Assembly (NCBI GenBank): GCA_964016885.1 | Contig: OZ024741.1 | Span: 222,332,001 to 222,396,000, forward strand | DNA: 64,000 nt | Direction: 5' to 3' | Origin: Eledone cirrhosa | Taxonomy: Eukaryota | Shown here: positions 12,701-24,126 of the stretch, piece by piece | Layout of the letters: each line of letters begins with the position of its first letter | Position numbering within the stretch: position 1 is the first letter of the stretch | The notes under the pieces: generated by a model | The model's input: only the letters and a program-made list of their open reading frames with translations | Told to the model about the DNA's origin: nothing | The model's database searches: none | Position numbers and translations under genes: made by a program

Positions 12701-15215
12701 GAGGAGAAGGGGAACTAGACATATATAACCCCATAGTACCAGTAATGCACTGGTTATTTGCTGGCTTTGTGCCTAACGTAGAAACAATTATCACTTAACG
12801 TTCGTTTCTCTAAGCTGGTTTGGGTTGAATGAGTCATCACTGACAAAGTCAGTATTTAATTCAAGCTATTGTCCTCCTAGAAGAACTGGAGGGGGGGGGG
12901 TCTCACATACACTCCAGCTTTGGCATAGTTTCCACAGCTGGATGCCCTTCCTTACACCGATCACTTTATTAATTTATATTTATGTAGGATGGAGGAAGCA
13001 ACAGACGGGAAGGTGGGAAAGAGGGGGAGTAAGTGATGTGGGAGGGGGGAAGTGTGGAGAACACGCAGGAATGTAGTGAGAAGGGAAGGGGATGAAAGGT
13101 CATGTCGGACAAACGTCGAGCTAGCAGGTGGTGGATGGCTGGATAGATAATGAATAGGTAGGAGTGCGGAGACGCTATCGCAGAAAGTTAGAGCGAACTA
13201 ATTCGGGCGTTAAATATAATATGTAATAGGAATACAGCCGTTATACATATTAATATGTAATAGAAATAAATATGAGATGGTAATAATATTTATGAAATAT
13301 ATAAATAATGAAAATAAGATCAACTTATCTGAATTTGAATCGCTATGGGCAGAAGTTGTGAGAGCTGACCTCAAATCACTGAGAAGAACCCCATCCAACC
13401 CATGCAAGTATGGAGAAACGGACATAAAAACGATAATGATGATGATGTGTGTAAGAGAGAGTGTGTGTGTTTCTTTGTCTCTTGTCACTTTGCATGTGAC
13501 ATTGCTGGTGCAGTTGGAGGTATTTGTTTATGTCCTATAAAACAGAAGTCACACAGCCTAATAATTAGATGTGCGGAAAAAAAAAAAAAAGTGAAGTTTG
13601 GCGCCAGGAAGAGCACCAACAATAGAAATCTGTCTCAAGAAGACATTATGCAACACGCTAGAATGAAAAACAAAAAAAAAAAACGGTCGTAAAAAATGAT
13701 GTTAATGACGGCGAGGAGACATGCAAACATGTAAATCTCGAAGTATTAGATTTGAACTCAAAATTCCATCGCGTGGTTACACGTTACAGCGTTGAACTAC
13801 AACACTTGTACCTGCATAATTATTTTAAAGTAACTCACATTTATTACATAAATTGCGTTCAATGACGAATTTTTTTTTTTTAATGATTAAAAAAATAATA
13901 AGCAAGAAGAGAAACAATAATTGTTTCTACTTTTGGCACAAGGCCAGCAATTACCCAGTGTATTAGTGGTGCTTTATTTTATCGACCCCGTAAGGATGAA
14001 ACAAGAGAAACAATAACGAAAAAGGGTTACGTGGTATATATCAGCTAGGTGAACTTAGCTAGCATGACTGGTGACAGAGAACGAACAAACAACCTCTGGA
14101 TTGGCAACCATTCTCTCAACCTAATCAAACCAATTTTGAGCCAGGGGTCATGTGTTTACACCAGGCGCCAACTTGGAAACGAAGATTCGATCTTTACAGA
14201 TTACACACACTTGATTTCTATTTCATACGGGTCTATGTGATCAGATGTATTAAAGAATAACTTAAACTGTTAATACAAATACACTCAGCTTCTACATTGT
14301 GTTAGTTGCTCTTTTCTTTCGTTTATACTTCGGAACGGCTTGCTGAACACACAAGTCAAAACCGTTTGGCGCCGCGGTCGGGATTTTACATTCTTCTCTC
14401 TCTCCCTCTGTGTGTGTGTGTGTGTGTGTGTGTAAATATATATACACAATGCTTCAAACAAACTAACATTTTGCTTCAAGCAAACTAAGTTTATTATATA
14501 TATATGTATGTATGGTTAACATATTAGGCTTTAAGAATCTGACAGTTAAAATGATAATGCTCGACTCAAATATATAATAAACATATTAAATTATTCATCA
14601 AGACATTGTCACCTATGAATTCTGGTTTGTTAAATATTCAAAATGTCGTGGTTTATATTTAGGAAAAAAAAATAAAAAACAATAAAACAATTAACGCACT
14701 GTATTGTGATCGTGTGACTTGCTAAAAATAGCAGCTACATCATCCAATTACCCTCTTACTGTATCAAAAAAGAAATGTACACAGAGCAGTGTAGACCGAA
14801 GAACTGTTTGTATAATACGATACGATTTGAAGAACTGTTTGTATAATAAACGTATTTGAGCATAAGTTGGCTGAACCAGGGAGCTGGCGTGGAGCTAAAC
14901 ATGATTCAATAAAGAAGTTTCTGTGGTCGCTCGCCCGGTTAAAAATAACAGAACAAATAAAATAACAGAACACAAAGGGTGGTCGTGGTTGGAACGTCTG
15001 TCCGTAGCTGATCTAGAACAAGGAGTCGTGTATAAGGTTGCTGGATAAATAAAAGTTAAATCACACCTTACCGTCTTAAAAAAGGAAGTACACTTTGGGT
15101 TAATCCTTGTTTCACTATCTAAATACCAGACGGAATGGTCACGGATGGAACTGTCACTAAGCAGCAATAATCAGTGTCCTTGAAAAATGATGATAATGGT
15201 TCTTGTTTCTTTTAG

Positions 15216-15321
15216 AGCAATTCTCAACAAAATGGCCATAAACACGAAATGGAATCCAAACGACGACCAGATGGCTTCTTATCGTGAAAAACTTTCAAAT
15301 ATATACGATAGAGATAACTGA
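15216..15321 (+). CDS. Candidate terminal coding exon, product unknown
   Basis: Pyrimidine tract plus TTTAG acceptor, open frame AILNKMAINTKWNPNDDQMASYREKLSNIYDRDN*, downstream AATAAA, non-repetitive sequence. No upstream exon was found. Confidence 0.25.
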
Positions 15322-17424
15322 AGTAGTAGCATTCTTGCCTTACCAGAGTTTATTAGTAATGTCAATGTGAAGAGAAATCGCTTCAAATGGGAATGGAAAC
15401 CAAAAGCTGAACACTCTTCGCTGGGGAATTTCCTTAAATAAAATGTCTATATAATAAACAAGCAACAGTAGCCAGTTTTCTGAACATATACCAATGTAGA
15501 AAAAAAGGAAAGTAGTGGCTTTCTTGCCTTACCAAAGGGTTATTAGTAATGTCAAGTGAAATTGCATCGAACAGGAACAGAAATTAAACTGAACGCTTCT
15601 CGCCGTAGAACTTCTCTTAAATAAAAAATGTCTATATTATAAACATCAGTGGTAGCAGCTACTAGATTCGTTTTAATAAAGATTGAAAATATTAATAACA
15701 CAAATCAGAGAGTCCCAAGGTAAAAAAAAAAAGTAATGTTCATTATATATAAACGAAACGTGTCCAACATAACGATAGTGAAATATGTCCAACATAACGA
15801 TAATGAAAAGAGTAATGAAATTGGCTTTTTTTATATATATATTTCACCCTTTTCTTTAAAACTGCGGTCATTCCCAAAGAAATAAAACATTGAAAAGTTA
15901 TTTTACTAACCTTGTAAATATAATTCAAAAGTTTTTCTCAGTATAAATATAATTGTCTGTAAATAACAAAAATAAAAACTATTTCTAATATGTCTCAGTT
16001 GCCGACAAGGTATGACGACATTGGTAAATTTGGCAAATACAAAAGAAAAATGAAAATGAGCATGCGAAATTACGAAATCTATATTATCATTTTATTATTA
16101 TCATTATTATTAATTTTATTTCGTTTTCCGCAGATTTATCGTTGAAATATTGAAGAATAAAAAAGGGTGGAGGAGGAGGGGTAAAATATTAATAATAAAA
16201 TAAATTTTGTATGATATAATGAAAAATATTTCGATGAAAAATAATAATAATAAATTTATTTCTACGAAGTAAAAAATTCTTTAAAGAAAAATGAATGAAT
16301 GTCAAAGTGCAGCAAAATAGAAGAGTTGATTTTCTTTTAATAATGGCGCGTTTATTGTTTAAAATTAGAGAAGTGTAAGAAATCCGAAAGATAAAGGCAG
16401 GGGGTTGGGATAGGTTTTTTTAATGCTGTCTCTTCACATTATAGATTCATTTACAAATAAAATAGATAATTTGAAAAGAAATGTGTGTATATACATATAT
16501 ATAGATACACACACGTGTATGTATCAATCTGAATTTATAAATGAAACCTATTTTCCAGATCAACTTTGAGCTGACTTAGTGGAAAAAACTGTCGGTCTCT
16601 CAGTCGATGGGCGGCATAATTCAAATAAAGTAAAATGAATAAGGGAGAAATAAATAAATAAATAAAAAAAGCAGACGATGGTTTATCTATTAATAGAGCA
16701 TAGCTTCTAAATTATTACCATCATCATTTTTGCCATTGTTATTTGTAATACTTGTAAATATAAGTAATGTTAGTATTTTTTTTTGCTGTAGCAAATCGAT
16801 TGGTTCGGTCATTTTTCGGCCTGACATGAAATCTATAGAAATTTATAATGAAATCAAATGGATGAATAAAAAATGTACAAAAATTAATAAGAAAACAATG
16901 TTGACAAAAACAAAAATCAATTTCTTATATAGGCAAAACTTTCTCAGATTTATACGAAACGAAAAATATAGATTATGTTGTGGTGTTAATACTTTTGTGA
17001 GTCAAATGATATATATTGCAATCAAAAACAGCTTGAGGGGAGTATGAGTCATGGCCAAATGGTTAAGAAGCCGATTTCATAACCAGGACATTATGAGTTC
17101 AAATCTACACCCTGGTATCTTGGCAAGTGCCTTTTATCATAACTCCGGATCTACCTGTGCAATATGGTGGAAATTGAGAAAATGGAAATTATATAGAAGC
17201 CCATTGGAAGGAGTGTACCTGTAATTCAAAGGTACAGCATTGTCACATATTGTGTCACATTGAATCTCCCTGAGTGTTCCTGGCTCCCAGTCTCAGTATC
17301 CCATGCCATAACACCATGAATGTTTTGAGTTGCCTCAAACATCTTTAGAGAGAAACACAAACATTTTCTATTATAGTGTTTAATTGTTTTTTGTTTGTCT
17401 TCTTTCTGTCTCTTGTTTATTGGA

Positions 17425-17610
17425 TTGGCAGTCTCGGTAGAAAGTTGGACACCATGCTTTGTAGCAAAGAGTTACAGCCCTTTATGATCTGAGTTCAAAC
17501 CCTGTCGAGGTTAACCTTGCCTTTCATCCTTATGGAATCAATAAAATAAAGCACCAGTAATACACTGGGATTATTGCTGGCCTTGTGCCAAAAGTAGAAA
17601 CAATTATTAT
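17425..17610 (+). mobile_element. tRNA-derived SINE
   Basis: Full-length copy of the 8605 family. Confidence 0.85.
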
Positions 17611-17614
17611 CATC

Positions 17615-17845
17615 TATGGTCCTTATCTTGGTTTCAATAGTGTTTAGTGGCTGAGAGTACCTGACTAGCCCCTGGACAGGACACCAGGCAATCGCAGGGT
17701 TAATGATTTCATATTGCTGCAGCCCACTGAGCTGAAAATGAAGTATTTTGCTCAAGAACACAATGCACAACCCTGTCCAAGAATCAAACCCATGACATTA
17801 CAATCATAAATCCAACACCTGAACCACTAAACCATCTGCCTCCCA
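17615..17845 (-). mobile_element. tRNA-derived SINE, second family
   Basis: Reverse complement of the family at 38313-38585 (TTCTTGAGCAAAA, CTCAGCTG, CCTGTCCAGGGG). Confidence 0.7.
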
Positions 17846-19139
17846 ACACACTAGACTGTTACTTTATCAACTCAAGAAAGATGAGAAACAAAGCTGACAT
17901 CAATGGAATTTGAGCACAGAATGTAAGGAAACAACAAATACCACAAGTCATTTCATCCAATACTGTGACACTGCTTGGGGCTAAATAATAACAATTGCTG
18001 AAGGATAAAAGACAAAGTTGCCTCCAATGGGATTTTAACTCAGATCCTAAAAGATTCATATCATAAATACTGTTGGGCAATTGCCTGATATTCTACAGAT
18101 TCTACAATAAGTAAGTACATAGCATGGCTGACTGGTTAAGAAGTTTGTTTTACAATCATTCAATTCCATTACATAGCATTCCAATACAGTGTCATTTGTT
18201 ATAGTTTTGCATCAACTCATGCTTTGTGAGTGAAATTAGGTAGATAGAAACTGTGTGGAAGCCTGTCAGATGCCAATAATTCAAATGGCCAGCTTTATAA
18301 CACACTGTCACATGCTGAATCTCCCTGAGATTTACATTATTGGTACATGTGTCTTCACATTAATTTCATTAGCTAGCTGGTACATTGATCAAACAATTGG
18401 AACACTAACAGTTGAAAACAACAGAGGTCCATTCCACAATAAAATATATAAATAAGCTAACTGTATTTATTTGGGTTCCCAGGACTTGTTGATACAGGTA
18501 CGTTAATCAGTGTCAGGTTTTGTCTGTTTAGTAAGCAACTTTATACTGAGTGAAAAAAATCACTCTCCTACCTAAAGTGACTTTCTTGTAAATGAAATCC
18601 ACCCTTGCTTATCTCATAATCCAACTGACAACTTGGAAATATTTCAATTTTGAAGAAATTCTACATATACATTATTTATTACTTTCCTCTCGTGGAGATG
18701 CAGTAGGGATACTAAGTCAGTTGAAGATATCCATTTTCCTAAATATTGGTATCAGAGAAGATAAATCTAGTATTTTCCACAACTTTCATCAAGATGAGAT
18801 TAATCTGATATGGCTTGGCTTGTAGTAGTTGAGCTGTTGTTGTTGTTGGTAGTGGTACTGGTACTGAAAACGAACAAACCAATGAAGGAACCTTGACCTA
18901 CTGGAAATAGGAACCAAATCCCCTTCATATCACATTCTACCATCTTAAAAAAAAAGAAAGGATATATTGAATATATTTAAATATGTCAGATAAGTAGTTT
19001 ATTTAGCCATAAATTATTCACAGAGTGAAACATATACATATACACCAGGTCTGAACACAAAGGAACCAAACTCCCACTGTCACTGCCTCCGTCTCTTCTG
19101 CTCTCCCCATCTCTCATTATTAAGAGCAAATGGAGGCCC

Positions 19140-19740
19140 ACGTGCTGGCCGCCCCGTGGCCCTGGTGGACAGAATAGAGAAGGCGTTTATCAGGAGGATG
19201 GTGAGGGAGATGTGCTGGAAGAGCCATTCCAACTCACGAGGTTCACACCTGTGTGTATCCAAATCTATGCTGATGGTGGTGAGTAGGGAGGTGGTCCTAG
19301 AGCCAAGGACACCAGAAGCATCCACTGCTATGGGCTCGACCACAAACCTGATAGAGAGAAACCGATATTTGGAGAGTTTACTCTCCTTGGCCTGAAGTGC
19401 AGCAGAGTCTTTGATACAGACTGCACCAGGTTGTTGCTGGAGAATGTGTTGTTGCATGTGGTATCTCAGATGAGGGGTTTACCACCACAGAACGAGAAGA
19501 TGGTCATGCCATCTGGCCTTTTTCTGTTTCCTCTGTCCAGCCCTACCAATGCAAGCTAGGAGTGGAAGCCTGCAGCATGCAAGCCATGCTTTATGACATT
19601 GTTGAGAGCAGCATGGCGTAGAGTCTGTAGCGACAGGACAGTGGGTGGTGGCCGAAAGTGTCTATGGTGAATTCACAGTAACATTTGTGTGGCTCTCAGA
19701 TCAGGAGGCCGAGCCTCAGGGAAACCCTGATACGCTGCCT
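19140..19740 (-). mobile_element. CRE-clade (restriction-like endonuclease) non-LTR retrotransposon 3' remnant
   Basis: Translation gives PHKCYC...GHHPLSC (zinc knuckle), RHAALNNVIK, KRPDGMTIF...LI*DTTC, KY...FVVEPIAVDASGVLG...WLFQHISLTI, the RH-RPD-D-KY endonuclease pattern. Confidence 0.85.
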
Positions 19741-20374
19741 ATCATTATCCAGAAAAAAATAACTCTGTGTCATGACTGGAATAGCTTTGATTATAGATCT
19801 GCTCTTTCAGAACTGCCCAGAACACAACAATGTTGATTTTTTTGGATTGTGTGCAGTGAATTGGCAGAGTCATTAGAATGACAGTATTCGTTCAGACTCT
19901 TTGAGTTCAAATTCTACATATGTCAACTTTGCCTTTCATTCTTTTGAGATTTATAAAAATGGTACTAGTCCAGTACAGGGGTCGATTCTTCCTCTGTATC
20001 TCTTTCCCACATCCTCTCTCTTTCTCTAGAAAAACCTGGCTGTGTTCACATCTGAAGAGGGGATCGGCTCTACCAGATTAAAAAAATGCCCAAGACATGC
20101 TGTGTGCCAAGATAGTGCCAATATAATTCCAACAGGAGTTACAGGTTCATACACACACACATGTGTACATACATACACACATACATGCATACATACATAC
20201 ACATACATACATACATACATGCACACATCCATGATGGCTGCTCCCTCGTTATCGAGTAGGGCCATTGCACAATATAACATTATTAATAATTATCAATTAA
20301 TTGTTTCTACGTTAGGCACAAGGCCAGCAATTACCCAGTGCATTACTGGTACTTTATTTTATCGATTAATGCTA

Positions 20375-20632
20375 TCATGCAATACCTGTGCATGAAGACT
20401 TTTTTTAAAGTGAGGAAAGACTGTGCACTGAGCCAATTCCACTCTCTGAATGACAGTAGCTATAACCCGAAAAGAAGAAAAGATCAACATCATCGGTAAC
20501 TACTGAGCCGCAGATTTTATGTCAGAGTTGCCTTCTAGAAGAATGCCCTGACAAAGGCTAGGGGTCCTTCACTCCCAGTGGTTTAATTGCGGGATCGGGT
20601 ACCCAGCCCGATTAGTTCTATGTCCCCACGCA
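20375..20632 (-). mobile_element. Non-coding RTE-5'UTR-like element, partial
   Basis: Homologous to 22180-22550, 22885-23310 and 38705-39200; minus strand has CTAGAAGGCAACTCTGACATAAAATC. Confidence 0.55.
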
Positions 20633-20703
20633 TATATACACATATGCACACATGCATATACATTCATACATACATACATACATACATATATATACACGCC
20701 ATA

Positions 20704-22150
20704 TATACAAGCCATGTATAGGGGAGCAGTCAGCAAAGTTAGGATTAGCAATGAGTATAGCGAGGAATTTAGCGTACAGGTTGGGGTCCACCAGGGCTCT
20801 GTTCTTAGCCCCCTCCTGTTCATCATAGTCCTGCAGGCAATAACGGAGTAGTTTAAGACCGGATGCCCATGGGAACTCCTGTATGCTGATGACCTCACAC
20901 TCATAGCTGAATCTATGGTAGAACTAGAGAATAAATTCCAAACTTGGAAGCAGGGACTAGAAAGAAAGGGTCTCAAAGTCAACATGACAAAGACTAAGGT
21001 CCTTGTAAGTAGACGAGAAAACAGAACCCAGATCCCCTCAGGGAAATGGCCTTGCTCAGTATGTAGGAAAGGTGTAGGTAGGAACTCCATTCTCTGCCCC
21101 AAATGCAAACAATGGGTACACAAGAGATGTAGCGGGATCTCAGGAAGCTTAATTAAGAATGTAGGATTCACATGCAGCAGCTGTGCTGAGACGGCAAGCA
21201 GCAAACAGCCACAGGAAACAAGTACCACCAATCTCTGGGAGGGCTCTGTAGAAACAGTAGACAGCTTCTGCTACCTAGGTGACCGAATTAGCAGTGGAGG
21301 TGGGTGTTCAGAAAGTACAATAACTAGGGTAAGAACGGGATGGAAGAAGTTTAGGGAACTACTACCACTGCTAGCTGCAAAAGGCTTCTCCCTCAGAATG
21401 AAAGGCAGACTGTATGATGCGTGTATCCGAACAGCGATGTTGCATGGTAGTGAGACCTGGGCGCTGAAGGTGGAAGACTTACGTAGATTAGAGAGAAACG
21501 AAGCCTGCATGCTCCGATGGATGTGTAACAGTAATATATGTGAACGACAAAGCATAAATGAATTGAGAGAGAGACTGAGTATAAGAGGAATCAAATGCTG
21601 TGTGCAGGAGAGGCGGTTGCGCTGGTATGGACATGTGATGCGTATGAAGGATGACAGCTGCATAAAAAGGTGCAGAGCACTAGAAGTTGATGGAAACCGC
21701 GGAGTGGGGAGACCCAAGATGACAAGGGATGAGGTGATAAAAGCCGACCTTACCCAATTACACCTCTCAAAAGCAATGACACACGACCGTGACTTCTGGC
21801 GTCACGCAGTAATACAGAGTACCCGACCTCCCATGGGTACAAGCTGAAGCATATAGACAATATGCCCCCACACCCCCCACTGCAAGGTGGTCGTGGAGGT
21901 GCCACGGCAAAAAAGCACCCAGCCCACACTGTAAAGTGGACGTGTAGGCGCCACGAAAAAGCACCCAGCACTCACTGTAAATGAGGTTGGTGTTAGGAAG
22001 GGCATCCAGCTGTAGAAATCAAGCCAAATCAGTTCCTGTATGAGCAAGTCATGGTCAGCCGACCAGACACTACCCACAACAGGACAACCCGTCTAACCCA
22101 TGCTAGCGTGGAAGAACGGACGTAAAACGGTGATGATGATGATGATGATG
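20704..22150 (+). mobile_element. RTE-clade LINE, 5'-truncated (RT C-terminal half, PHD-like Cys insert, long 3'UTR)
   Basis: VHQGSVLSPLLF, LLYADDL, WPCSVCRKGVGRNSILCPKCKQWVHKRCSG, FCYLGD, GSETW, RRLRWYGHVMR; one stop near 20850; (GAT)n tail. Confidence 0.95.
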
Positions 22151-22179
22151 ACACATGTACATACATATTTACATATTTC

Positions 22180-22700
22180 TTTGGATGACCGTTGACTCAT
22201 GAGTTTTTCCGCCCTTTGTCAGGTTTTGTTTTTTGTCCTGCAGGGTGTCCAAAATCACCCACCTCACCAAGTACTTTGCTAAGAGTATTGCAATCGCTGT
22301 CAGATTATAGAGTTTGGTGCACTTTAAGGCTACGGCCAGCCACACGAACCATTCCTATGCTTTGAAGATTTTTTAAGTGGGAAAAGGCCTTGAACTCGAC
22401 CAATCCCACCCTCTGAGCATCGCAAACACTCCCGGAAAAGGAGAACTGGTCACCATCATTGGATGCTTCCGAAGCCGCAGGTTTATTTTTTTTCAGGGTT
22501 TCCCTCTCTTAGAAAGGTGTTGTAACAACCACTGGGGGCCTTTCACTCCCAGGTGAAAAAACAAAAAGTACAATTTGGATGGCCGTTGACTCTGCTGAGT
22601 TCCTCCACCCTCTGCTGGGTCTTGTATTTCATCCCGCAGGGTGTCTAAATATCACCCTCCTCCCCAAGCTAGCATAGTGGGGTTACCATGGGACAGGTTG
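22180..22700 (-). mobile_element. Two adjacent non-coding RTE-UTR-like elements
   Basis: Both have a terminus TTGGATG(A/G)CCGTTGACTC (22180, 22575) and share CAGGGTGTC...ATCACCC. Confidence 0.55.
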
Positions 22701-22884
22701 TACTGGGTTACATTGTTACCAGTAGCACTCGAGAGCGACCTGACATACATACATACACACATACATACTTATATGCATAGATAAATAAATACACACATAC
22801 ATACACATACATACAAACATGCATACACACACATACATACATACATACATACATACATACATACATACATACATACATACATAA

Positions 22885-23310
22885 CTGTACCTTAGTTTCG
22901 AGAACTGCCATCCCTTGAATTTTTTCTCATAGATGGGCGACACAAACATGATTTTTTAGCCCTGCCAAGGACTTAGGCTCCTTTCTGCATATACTGCAGT
23001 GAAAGAAAAATGAAAAGGCCATGCTCACACAATACACATGAAAGTTGTTTAGAATAAGTGAGACCTTTGCTTGAAGTTTTTTTAAGTGAAGAAAAGCCTT
23101 GCACTGGACCAACCCCACTCTTTGAACAATGGTGACAGGTATCCAAAACGAAGAACAGGTCAACATATTTGGCTGCTATCTAGTTGCCGGTTTTATATCA
23201 GAGTTTTCCTTCTAGAATGATATCCTTACAAGAAGTAGTGGTCACTCACTCCTGGTTGACTAACCATGCACTCAGGTACCAAACCAAGTATTTCCATGTC
23301 CCAGAAACAT
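22885..23310 (-). mobile_element. Non-coding RTE-5'UTR-like element
   Basis: Clearly colinear with 38790-39200; flanked by (CATA)n. Confidence 0.65.
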
Positions 23311-23839
23311 ACTTACATGTATAAATACAGACACACTATATTGTATTCATGAAAATGGCTTTACCCACCTATGTTTAATTTTCACCATAAAGCAAAAGAT
23401 GGAAGTTCAAAACTCTCCATTATGCATAGACCCTCTAACCCCCACCCACCAATATTTTAAACAATCTTATTTTAAAAAAATGCTCTTATGCATCTCCAAC
23501 CTCTCTTCTAACAAAGCTGCATTGCCTACAGCTTCTAAGTACTACAATTATGTCTAACATCTAATCTTAACCTGTAAACTCTAAACCCCTGAACCTTAAA
23601 TCTTAACCCTACTCTCTAAACCCTAACATTTAACCCTAACTCCTAAACCTGATTCCAAAACCTTAACTTCTAAACCCTCAATTCTAACTGTAACTGTAAA
23701 CTCAACTACTTGCCCTAATCATATCCCTTAACCTTAAGCCAACAAACTGAATTTCCAGTGTTTAAAACAGAAATTTCCTTACAATAAAAAAAGTCATGGG
23801 TGGGTGCTTATTCCATAACTCTGCTTATATAAATATATA

Positions 23840-24079
23840 TGCAAAAAGCACCCTGTCCACACTGTAAAGTGGTTGTGTAGGAGACATGGTAAAAAGGCTC
23901 CCAGTCGACACTGTAAATGTGGTTGGTGTTAGGAAGGGCATGCAACCGTAGAAAACCTGCCAGAGACAGTTCTGTACAAGTGAGACACGGTCACCCGACC
24001 AATCTTGCCTCAAGTGGGACAAACTTGTCCAACCCATGCTAGCATGGAAGATGAACGTTAAACGATGATGATGATGATG

Positions 24080-24080
<1 letters not shown>
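23840..24080 (+). mobile_element. RTE 3'UTR/tail fragment
   Basis: GTTAGGAAGGGCAT, the RTE tail and (GAT)n, running into (TA)n. Confidence 0.85.

Positions 24081-24122
<42 letters not shown>

Positions 24123-24126
<4 letters not shown>

Noticed and set aside
14290-14395. CpG-containing promoter-like patch
   Set aside because: Too short, and no linked exon or core motif could be established.
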